From the human T2T-CHM13v2.0 reference genome, Homo sapiens, in the NCBI RefSeq assembly GCF_009914755.1, contig NC_060928.1: DNA of 64,000 bases, one strand, 5' to 3'. Each line of letters starts with the position of its first letter. Position 1 is the first letter of the stretch. The notes beneath the pieces are model-generated. The model was not told the origin of the DNA, ran no database searches, and saw nothing but the letters and a program-made list of their open reading frames with translations. Both the position numbers and the translations under genes were made by a program. This document shows positions 52,296 through 64,000 of this stretch, piece after piece.

Positions 52296-54489
52296 TCACA
52301 TGCATGGGGCCTTGTCTTTGCCCATGTCTGCACACCTGTGTCTATGCATTTGTGCCCATGTGTATGATTTTCTAGAAAGAAAAACCATACAAAAAGCAGA
52401 ATACCATGATAGCTGTCACTGAGTAATGATATTTGACAAAACAGAATCAGAAATTTTATTCAGCTATAGCCTTTCTGTGGATAAATCTGTATCAGATTTG
52501 ATTCACACAAGGGCAACAAAGCAAATGTCAAAATGGAGTTATGAGAGTGGAAGAAAAGGGAGGAAAAAAGAAGGAAAAAAATGTCCTAAAATTGTCAGTT
52601 TCAAGCCAGGGAAATGTGATAAAATATCCAACGTGTAACAGCCATGAGTCTCATGGATAACTAGATGTTCCATAAACTTGTTACATGACCTGGCTTGGAC
52701 CCTGTTTCTGTCTGTGAATTGAGGATGATCTTTGAAGAGAAACGTAGGCCTTCTGACTGCTTAGATTCTTCTTCTAGGATCAACGTTATAATCCCGGTCA
52801 ATTAGAGGAAATTGGCAAAGGTGCCATGGTGAAAACAAAAGCAGGTTTTCATGAAACGTTTGCTGTATGTGAAGTAATAGATTGCTGGCTTCTTGGGACA
52901 GGATGTTCTACCTGATGTGTGCTAGGTTCATTACAGAGGGAGCTTGAAGCATCCACCAGGGTTACAGTCAACAGTTATTAAATCCATTTCCTAGTTAAGT
53001 TCTCTAAGGTTCATCATAGGCCTCCTTCCTGAAGTGACCTGATTCTTCTGCAGTGAATGTATGGAGTGACTTGGAAAGCTTCTTTCAGTATAATAACAGT
53101 ATACCCTTTTCATGATTGTCTTTTTCTCCAGGGCTGGGCATTTTTTCCAACTGGCTCTCATTTGACTCTTGAGAAATCAAATCCCCGTCCTGGCTCCGTG
53201 TATATCACCCTGCCGCTTTAGTGTTTTATTATCATTTAATATTTATGGATGTGACATCATAATCATTGTGTGCCCATTGCCAACTTCCTTAACCTCATTT
53301 TCATAGTCTGTACCCATAGGGCTTCAGATGCTCTATGAAAAAAAGTGCAGCTTTGTTTCAGAGAGCACTTCGGTGAGATATTGTTAGTGAGTTGCTAATT
53401 AGCATGTTTTCTCTGCATCATTTTGGATAGGCTCAGTCTTGCTGTCAGCTTTTCTGCAGCATTTATTATCTTTTTGCCTCTCTGAAAAACACACCATCAA
53501 CTTTCACGTCATGCAATTACACCTGTAAAGAAAATATTAATCATTGTCCAGTAATTAAGTGTGGCGATTTCATTGCTGATGCACTATCTGGTAAACTCCC
53601 AAATTTCCTTGAGCATTATTCTAGAATCTAGCCTATGAGAAGCATTATCTCAGATATTTAAAGTTTTTTAGTAAACCTAATGAGATCTCATGATAATTTT
53701 GGTGGTACCTTATTAAAACTCCCTGTAGTATATTTAAACCCCACCATCCTGCTTTTAATTGAGGGGAGGAAGAGCCGAACTGTAATGTCAACAGCCGCAA
53801 CCACTTTATCAAAATGTTAAGACAGTTAGCAAAGCCAAAACAGATACAGATTACTATTATGTAAATTATAAATTTACTCACAGACATACACACGTCTGCA
53901 GCAGATGAGGCTGTATGGAGCTGTACATAGGTGAAATTTACAGCCACCCTACCATCAAGCCTAATATATAAATGCCCACCTTCTCCACCCTCTTTCCCCT
54001 TCCGTTTCCTTTGCTGTGTAGGTCTATAGAGAGCCAACCCCCCCTCAGTTTCCCCATCTCTAATTGGCTTATTCCTCCAGCTACTATTTCCTTTGACATC
54101 AGAAGTCTTGCCCTGTCCCTACCATAATACCTAGAAATACTTCTGCCTACATTTGAAGTCACAAGGCTATGAAACTTGCTACAGAGGGTTCTGGGGCAGC
54201 AGTAGTTCCACCTACTCTTAAGTCCAAACCACTCAGTCATGGAGCCAGCTTCTGAAAGTGTCAGTCTTCTTTCCTCTTCCATCCTTACCAGACATCTTGC
54301 CACTGAAAGCCCCCATCTAGCTGTGGCAGAGCCCCTTCTCAGCCTGGCAAGTGCTTCTACCAGTGGAGCCTCCTCTCTGGGGACTCACCTGCTTCCTGGG
54401 GTGAGGAAGACAGATTCCTTCTTTCTTCTCTTCTTCTTTTTATCTTTCTGCTTCTCCTCTCCCCATTCTTCCCTTTAGTGAATGCAAAG

Positions 54490-54690
54490 CATGAGCTATA
54501 TACTTGCATGACTTATCCAAACTCATTGTATTACTTAATCTTCCTCAGAATCCAACAAAGTAGGTGTTAATATCCTCCTTTATAGATGATGAAACTGAGG
54601 TTCCATCTGGTTAACAGATTTACCCAATATTACAAAGTAAGTGTACAAAGGGAGGAAAAGAAGTCTACATCAGTCTGATTCCAGGCCTGA
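54490..54690 (-). mobile_element. MIR
   Basis: ttaatcttcctcagaatcc...tttatagatgatgaaactgaggtt...cagtctgattccagg. Confidence 0.7.
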
Positions 54691-55140
54691 GCTGAGATTT
54701 AAAATGATTATTTCTACTCAGTATAAGTGCCTATTTTTAAATGGACACAATATGAAATTACCCTAGTCATATTATGATGACAAACTAATCAAAGTAGTAG
54801 ACTTGACTTGCCATCAGGATCAGAAGGTGGAATATCATGAAAATTATGTCAATGAAAAAATATGTAAACATGTTTTAAGAACATTATTATTAGTGTATAT
54901 TTCAGATAACATTCTTTTGCAGATGAACATTATTATTATTTATTATTGGACTCAATTACTATGACTTTTCAACTGGTAGAATATTAAGTTACAATGTTGG
55001 CAAGGTATTTTATTTAAGCACTGACTAGACTTTCCTTTAAACTAGTTAAGGGTATGTTTCATCACTTCCTATTCCTACAACCACCAAAAATAGAGTTCCC
55101 TTCCAGAGATTTTGTGTCTTAATGCTTTATCCAAACCAAA

Positions 55141-55202
55141 CTTTCTTTCTTTCTTTTTCTCTTTCTTTCTTTCTTTTCTTTCTTTCTTTCTTTTCTTTCT
55201 TT

Positions 55203-55246
<44 letters not shown>

Positions 55247-55344
55247 TTTTCTTTCTTTCTTTTTCTTTCTTCCTTCCTTCCTTCCTTTCCCTTCCTCCTC
55301 TTCTCCCCTCCTCCCTTTCTCTCTCTCTCTCTCTCTTTCTTTCC

Positions 55345-55416
<72 letters not shown>

Positions 55417-55447
55417 TTTCCTTCTCTTTCTTTCTTTCCCCTCTTTC
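55141..55447. repeat. Compound (TTTC)n/(TTCC)n/(TC)n polypyrimidine microsatellite
   Basis: About 307 bp containing only C and T on the + strand; accounts for the four low-complexity ORFs at 55075-55516. Confidence 0.97.
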
Positions 55448-55624
55448 AACAGACATTTGAGTGTCTCATGCATGCCAGACTCTATGCACAGGGAACACAT
55501 GCCCAATAGCATCTAGGATTGTGTCTACCTTTGGTTCACTGGGTCTGTAGAGCCTACCAGCATAATGTGCACAGAGTGGCTGCTCATCTGTGATGAAATA
55601 AGTAAAATTATAAAAATCTCTGGA

Positions 55625-57210
55625 TATCATTTTTAGTTGTAGATTCACATGTAACTGTAAGAAATAATACAAAGAGATCCTGTATACACTTTCCCTAGTT
55701 TCTCTGATGGTAACATTTTGTAAAACTATAGTATAATATCACAGGATATTGACATTGACACAATCAACCAATCTTATTCAGATTTTCTCAGATTTACTTG
55801 TACTGTTTGTGTGCATGTGTGATTACATTCTATACAATTTTACCATCTGTGTAATTTTGTGTATCCACCACCACAGTCAAGATATTGACCAGTTCCAGCA
55901 CCACAGGAATTCCATAACCACAACCACCTTCCTCCTTCCTTCTTATGCCCCATCTCTAACTCCTGGTAACCCTTCATCTATGCTCCATTTCTAAAATATT
56001 GTCACTTCAAAATGTTATATAAATGGAATTATACAACATATGAGCTTTTGTGACTGTATTTTTCCCCCCCCACACAGTGTAATTCCCTGGACATTCATCT
56101 AAGTTGCTGCAGGTATCAAGAATTCATTCCTTTTTGTTTCTGAGTAGTATTCCATAGTATGTATGATGAGAGTTTGCTTAACCATTCACTTCTTGGGGAC
56201 AACTAGGCTGATTCTAGTTTTTGATTATTACAAATAAAATTGCTGTATTAGTCCATTTTCACACTGCTATGAAGCCATACCTGAGACAGGGTAATTTATA
56301 AAGAAAAGAAGTTTAACTGACTCACAGTTCCGCATGGCTAGGGAGGCATCAGGAAACTTACAATCGTGTCAGGAGAAACAGGAATGTGGTACATGGTGAC
56401 AAACCAGAGAAGTGAGTGTCGAGCAAAGGGGGAAGCCCCTTATAAAACCATCAGATCTCGTGAGAACTCACTCACTATCACAAGAACAGCATGAGGGTAA
56501 CTGGCCCCATGATTTAATTACCTCCCACCAGGTCCCTCCCACAACATGTGGGGACTATGGAAACTATAATTCAAGATGAAATTTGGGTGGGGACACAGCC
56601 AAATGTTCTCAGTTGCTATGAACATTCATGTACTGGTTTTGTGTGAACATAAGTTGACAATTCACTGAGACAAAAACCCAGTAGTGCAATTGTTGGGTTG
56701 TAAGAGAGATGTGTGCTTAGGTTTTAAAGACATGAGAAATTGTTTTCCAAAGCAACTGCACCATCTTTTTTTCTCACCAGCAATGTGTGAGTGATCTGGT
56801 TTCTCCAGTTTCTTTATGTATTTGTCAGCATTTGGTTTTGTCAACTATTTTAGCCATTCTGATCAATATATAGTGATATCACATTGTGGTGTTAATTTGT
56901 ATTTCCCTAGGTGCTAATGAGTCTTTGCTATAAAGACTCTTGATTAAAGAGTCTAACTCTTTAATATTGAATATATTTTCTTGCACTTATTTGCCATCTA
57001 TATCCTTTTCAGTGAAATGCCTGTTAATTCTTTTGCCCATTTCTAATTGAATTGCTTGTATTTTTACTGTAGAGTTTTGAGAGTGCTTTATATATTTTAG
57101 ATACTAGTCCTTTGTTGGATATGTTGCTTGCAAATACTTTCTTTCAGTCTCTATTTTGTCATTCATGTTCTTCACATGAGTTTTAACAAAGCAAAAGTTT
57201 TAAATTTCTG
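55625..57210 (-). mobile_element. L1MC/L1MD-type 3' region interrupted by THE1D
   Basis: gattcacatgtaactgtaagaaataatacaaagagatcc...ggtaacattttgtaaaactatag; antisense ORF2 end at 56620-57210. Confidence 0.8.
56244..56611 (-). mobile_element. THE1D solo LTR
   Basis: tgtattagtccattttcacactgct...gagcaaagggggaagccccttataaaaccatcag...; TSD attgc/gttgc. Confidence 0.9.
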
Positions 57211-57411
57211 AACATAATTTTAACAATGCCATGAGCGCAGTCAGAGGAAAAACATTGCTGTGTATGGTCTAAAGACCATCATCAAGCTAGCAGTTAAACT
57301 ACAAAGTCTGTAGAAACCATAGTCCCCATATCTAATTCGGTGTACAGATAATGACACAGATACTAATAGCTGATGACAAAACAAGATGTTTGAGGGCATG
57401 TTGTAATAAAG

Positions 57412-58020
57412 TCATTTATTTATTCAACAAATAATCATCAAGTGACTCCTATGTGTTAGGCCCTATTCCTGTGATGCAGTGCTGATTTATATCACAAGAA
57501 TGTATAACTGAAACTGAGATAAGGACTCAGAAGTCATGCAATATTGTACAATGACAATAGTTAACAAAGGAACCAAAACTCTTCTTAGGAAAGAATGCTT
57601 GAGTTGAGAGCTGAAGGGTGAGTAAGGGTTAACTCTGTAAGGGGGTGAGGATAGGGATAGGAAGTGAGGGTGGGAGATAGGGAGACATGTACACAGAGTG
57701 GGGCCGTAAGTGCAAAGACCCTGTCACAGGAGGGAGCATGGAGGGTTGAGGAATGGAAAGAAGGGCAACTGTAGGGGGTGTAGAGTAAGGAGAGAGTGAC
57801 ACAAGAGGGGGCTGGAGTTTGGTTTTCACTCCGAGAACCATTCAAAGGTTTTGATAAGTTTTATAAGGGGGAAATAAGCAATGCGATCAAACTTGCATTC
57901 TGAAAAGCATTGTCCAAATGCTGTATAGAATGTGGAATGGAGGGGGCAAGGAGCGGCTGTGGGTTGAGAGTTAAGAGGCTCCTGTTGTCATCCAGGTGAA
58001 GGTCAATGGTAGTTTGAAGT
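57412..58020 (-). mobile_element. L2 fragment
   Basis: ttattcaacaaata...ctatgtgttaggc; tgagttgagagctgaagg; aagtgcaaagaccctg; tccaggtgaag. Confidence 0.7.
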
Positions 58021-59249
58021 GAGAGGTTTATAATATGCTCTCTGTAAAGTTTTCTAAGGATTCCTGGTCAACCCCACACAAAGGTAATTGAAGGCAAAAT
58101 TTTAGCTGTGTTTGCTTGTAGAGTTGGGTGGAGTGCCTTTTAGATGCATGATGAAAGGACCACTGCAGGAGCAGTTTCTTCTTTGGGAGAGAAAAGGACA
58201 ACTATTGACATGCCTCAGGGATTGAACCCAGAAGCCTTGGTGCTCTGTCTTGCCATTAGGAGCTGAGGTGACATCCTGTTCCCATCAATTTGTGAGACTT
58301 CCCTTCAATCATACCAAAACCATTTTGTAGATCTAGGGCCGTTTGTAAATAACAAGGAGAATGACAGGATCTCAAATGTCTTGAGTTGTTCTCCTAAGAA
58401 GTAAGGCATAAGAAAGGCAGTGTGTTAAAAAAAAAAAAAAAAAAGAAGAAAGAAAAGGCAAGAAAATCTAAAGAAGTAAGAGGAAAAAAAGGGAAGGAAG
58501 GAAATAGAAACAATGTCTGTGATAAATAAGAATGAGAGAAGGTTCATGTGGTAGGGAGTGCCATCCATTATCAGTTGGCATCTCCTCACTGACAGAGCTC
58601 CCACATGTGTATAGCTCCCTTTCTTCAGCCATGATTGACGGCAGAGCTACTATTTTTGTGGAAGAAGACTGTGACTTCTTGGGTTGAAAGAGCCAGATTG
58701 AAGTTCTCTGTATGTGAGTCTTGGAACCTGAAAAGGTGCATGATGAAAAAACAGCAATTATGTTACAGAAGCCAGTGGAGGAATCTGGCAGGAATGGGTA
58801 TGGACATATCTTTAGCATGAACCAAGGATGAAATTTTACTCTGTATTTCACAGTCAGGTTTCCAAGTCTACTTGAGACATTTGGTGTCTATTCTTGTTTA
58901 TATTGGCAAATCATAGTTTCCTTTGTGGGTATGCTTTAATAATGAACTTGAAGAGAAAACAGAAATACCTCTAGAGTTTTCGGATGGCAAATGGATCTTA
59001 CAAAACATTTTTAAATAATCTAAGTATAAAGGATTCAAAAGCATATAGATTGAATTTCTCAAAAAATCAAGCAAAGTAAAAAGAAAAATAATTGTGTAAA
59101 TATATTGTTATGAAATATTTAAAAATTTCGGATTAATATGCGGAAGGTCCCCAGGCCCAGCTGTGTTTACCTGTCTCAAGTATCAAAGCAAGGAAAAGGA
59201 CCTCTCTATGACCTAATAAATAAAAATAATCTAATTCATTTTGGATACA

Positions 59250-61183
59250 CAATTGACCCTTAAACAACATGGTGGTTGGAGCACTGAGTGCCCAATGCTG
59301 TTGAAAATCCATGTATAACTTTTGACTCCCCCAAAAGTTAATGACTAATAGCCTGCTGTTGACAAGAAACCTTACCAATAACAGAAACACTCAATTAACA
59401 CATATTTTATATGTCATAGGCAGTATATATTGTGTTCTTACAATAAAGTAAGCTAGATAAAATAAACGTTGTTAAGAAAATTATAAGGAAGAGAAAATAT
59501 ATTTACTATTCACTAAGTGGAAGTGGATCATCATAAAGGTCTTCATCCTCATTGTCTTGATGTTGAGTAGGCTGAAGAGGAGGAGCAAGAGGAGGAGGGG
59601 TTGGTTTTGCTGTCTCAGAGGTGGCAGAGGTGGGGAAGGTGGAAAGGGAGGCAAGAGAGACAGACACACTTGTTGTAAATTTATGGAAATATATGGTAAT
59701 TTCTATCTGACAGTTTTGCTTTTTTATTTCTTTAAAAATGTGTCTATATGGTACCAACCCTTCTTGCACCATTTGCTTTAGTTTTGGTGCCCGTGTATTA
59801 GTCCATTTTCATGCTGCTGGTAAAGACATACCTGAAACTGGGCAATTTACAAAAGAAAGATGTTTAATAAACTTACGGTTCCACGTGGCTGGGGAGGCCT
59901 CACAATGATGGTGGAAGGCAAAGAGGAGCAAGTCACATCTTACATGGATGGCAGCATGCAAAAAGAGCTTGTGCAGGGAAACCCATATTTTTAAAACCAT
60001 CATATCTCGTGAGACTTATTCATTATCACAAGAACAGCACGGGAAAGACCCACCCCTATGATTCAATTATCTCCCACTGGGTCTTTCCCAGAACACATGG
60101 GAATTATGGGAGCTACAAGATGAGATTTGGCTGAGGACACAGAGCCAAACCATATTAGCCTGTATCATAGAAAGATCTATGCTGTAAAAGAAGTAAAAAG
60201 CAGTGTTGAATCATCAGAACCCTTCTGCCAGATTTTCTAGTGTCAATTCGTTTTCTGGCATGGCTTCTTCTGTGTCTTCTTCCTTGTTGCCCTTGAATTT
60301 CTCCAAGATCTGTTTCATGAAACCCTTTGCCGACTACCTTTTTGGCTGTATCCACAATCTCTTTCATGATTTCATTGATTCATTCTGGTAAATCCTGAGA
60401 AGTCATGCACAACATCTGGACACAGTTTTCTACAGCAGGAAGTTATTGTTTCAGGCTTGATGGCTTTCACAACTTTTTTCTATAACAATGATGACATCTT
60501 CAATGGTGTAATCCATCCAGACTTTCATCATGTTCCATGTTCCCTCAATTGGGGTTTTCTTCCACAGCATTGACAATCCTATCCATAGAGTATATGCGTA
60601 ATGAGCCTTAAAGTTCCTATGATCTCCTGATCTAGAGGCTGAATTAGAGACATTGTGCTGGGGCAAGTAGACCATTTTGACACCTTTCCTGTTGAACTCA
60701 TGGTGTTCTGGGTGGTCTGGAACTTTGCCCAATATCAAAGGAACTTTAAAAGGCAGTCTCTTACTGGCAAGCTTCTTCCTGACCTCAAGGACATATCATT
60801 GATGTAACCAATCCAGAAAGAGTGTTCTCATTGTGCAGGTCTTCTTGTTGAACAATAAAAAGACTGGAAGCTGGTGTTTATCTTTTTTCTTCAAGGCTCA
60901 GAGGTTAGTGGCTTTATAGCTGAGGACAGTCTTGATCATAAATTCAACTGCATTTGCACAAAACAGTAGAGTAGAGTTAGCCCATCCCTTCTTGTGCTAA
61001 ATTCTGGTGCTCACTTTTCTCCCTTATGAATAATGTCCTTTGTGGCACGTGTTTCCAGAATAGGGCACTTTTGTCTGCATTAAAAATCTGCTCAGGTATC
61101 CTTTCTTCTGTGATTTTCTTAATAGTGTCTAGGAACTTGTCTGCTGCCTCTTGGTTGGCAGAAGCTGCTTCTCTTGTCTTGAC
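59250..61183 (-). mobile_element. Tigger2 DNA transposon (partial; interrupted by THE1B and by the L1 at 61184)
   Basis: TIR caattgacccttaaacaacatgg; acidic C-terminus EDEDLYDDPLPLSE (ORF 59506-59772); transposase remnant VWMDYTIEDVI (ORF 60451-60738). Confidence 0.88.
59794..60157 (-). mobile_element. THE1B solo LTR nested in Tigger2
   Basis: tgtattagtccattttcatgctgct...gaggagcaagtcacatcttacatggatggcagc...aaaccatatta; TSD gcccg/gcctg. Confidence 0.92.
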
Positions 61184-62975
61184 ATTTTTTTTTTCTTATA
61201 CTTTAAGTTCTGGGGTACATGTGCAGAATGTGCAGTTTTGTTACATAGGTATACACATGACATGGTGGTTTGCTGCACCCATCAACGGGTGACCTACATT
61301 AGGTATTTCTCCCAATGCTATCCCTCCCCTAGCCTCCCACCCCATGACAGGCTCCAGTGTGTGGTGTTCCCCTTCCTGTGTCCATGTGTTCTCATTGTTC
61401 AACTCCCACTTATTAGTGAGAACATGCAGTGTGTGGTTTTCTGTTCTTGTGATAGTTTGCTAAGAATGATGGTTTCCAACTCCATCCATGTCCCTACAAA
61501 GGACATGAAACCATCCTTTTTTATGGCTGCATAGTATTCCATGGTGTGTATGTGCCACATTTTCTTTATCCAGTCTATCATTGATGGACATTTGGGTTGG
61601 TTCCAAGTCTTTGATACTGTGAATAGTGCTGCAATAAGCATATGTGTGCATGTGTCTTTATAGTAGAATGATTTATAATCCTTTGGGTATATACCCAGTA
61701 ATGGGATTGTGGGGTCAAATGGTATTTCTAGTTTTAGATCCTTGAGGAATCACCATACTGTCTTCCACTGTGGTTGAACTAATTTACACTCCCACCAACA
61801 GTGTAGAAACATTCCTATTTCTCCACATCCTCTCTAGCATCTTGTTTACTGACTTTTTAAAGATCACCATTCTAACTGGTGTGAGATGGTATCTCATTGT
61901 GATTTTGATTTGCATTTCTCTAATGACCAATGATGATGAGCTTTTCTCATATGTTTGTTGCCTGCACAAATGTCTTCTTTTGAGAAGTGTCTGTTCATAT
62001 CCTTTGCCCACTTTTTGATGGAGTTGTTTGTTTGTTTTTTCTTCTAAATTTGTTTAAGTTCTTTTTAGATTCTGGATATTAGCCCTTTGTCAGATGGATA
62101 GATTGCAAAAATTTTCTCCCATTCTGTAGGTTGCCTGTTCACTCTGATGATAGTTTCTTTTGCTGTGCAGAAGCTCTTTAGTAATTTTGGCTTTTGTTGC
62201 CATTGCTTTTGGTGTTTTAGACATGAAGTCTTTGCCCATGCCTATGTCCTGAATGGTATTGCCTAGGTTTTCTTCTAGGATTTTTAAGGTTTTAGGTCTT
62301 GCATTTAAGTCTTTGAACATCCTGAGTTGATTTTTGTGTAAGATGTAAGGAAAGGGTCTGGTTTCAGTTTTCTACATATGACTAGCCAGTTTTTCCAACA
62401 CCATTTATTAAATAGGGAATCTTTTCCCCATTGCTTGTTTTTGTCAGGTTTGTCAAAGATCTGATGGTTGTAGATGTGTGGTGTTATTTCTGAGGCTGCT
62501 GTTCTGTTCTATTGGTCTATATATCTGTTTTGGTACCAGTACCATGCTGTTTTTGTTACTGTAGCCTTATAGTATAGTTTGAAGTGAGGTGGCATGATGC
62601 CTCCAGCTTTGTTCTTTTTGCTTAGGATTGTCTTGGCTGTGTGGGCTCTTTTTTGGTTCTATATGAAGTTTAAAGTGTTTTTTCCAATCTTGGAAGAAAG
62701 TCAATAGTAGCTTTATGGGAATAGCATTGAATCTTAAATTACTTTGGGGAGTATGGCCATTTTCACAACACTGATTCTTCCTATCCATGAGCATGAAATG
62801 TTTTTCCATTTGTTTGGGTCCTCTCTTATTTCCCTGAGCAGTGGTTTGTAGTTCTCCTTGAAGAGGCCTTTCACATTCCTTCTAAGTTGTATTCCTAGGT
62901 ATTTTATTTTCTTAGTAGCAATTGTGAATTGGAGTTCTTTCGTGATTTGGCTCTCTGTTTCTCTGTTATTGGTGT

Positions 62976-62976
<1 letters not shown>
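61184..62976 (-). mobile_element. L1PA6/7-like 3' segment
   Basis: Poly-T, 3'UTR, then antisense ORF2 up to ...ttattggtgta. Confidence 0.95.

Positions 62977-64000
<1,024 letters not shown>

Noticed and set aside
55075-55516. Four overlapping K/E/R-rich or F/L/S-rich ORFs
   Set aside because: Translation artefacts of the (TTTC)n microsatellite
58409-58462. Orphan A-tract with aagaaa(a)ggca on both sides, as a poly(A)-only insertion
   Set aside because: The putative TSD is imperfect and low-complexity; slippage is an equally good explanation
58629-58713. Possible + strand exon (cttcttcag ... tat|gtgagt)
   Set aside because: Competing AGs lie between the branch-like motif and the acceptor; no independent support

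Overview
This is AT-rich, CpG-depleted primate genomic DNA, most likely human or hominid, given the AluY and L1PA2-type elements. Much of the window is transposon-derived: L1 of several ages, about 16 Alu copies or fragments, MaLR/ERV1/ERVL LTRs, a decayed ERVL-type provirus with RT and dUTPase remnants, a near full-length Tigger1, a large Tigger2, L2 and MIR. The only recognisable host-gene sequence is a disabled processed pseudogene of ATP5MG (ATP5L, ATP synthase subunit g) at 3499-3950 on the minus strand. No intact protein-coding gene is supported; the ORF track reflects repeat relics and chance ORFs. I found no evidence of a new multi-gene system. The most unusual signals are small: two fold-back (palindromic) insertions inside repeats, an 18-bp twin-priming L1 inversion, a possible terminal exon and microexon, and a few motif clusters in unique DNA. 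Subfamily names and the boundaries of old repeats were judged by eye from remembered consensus sequences and are approximate.
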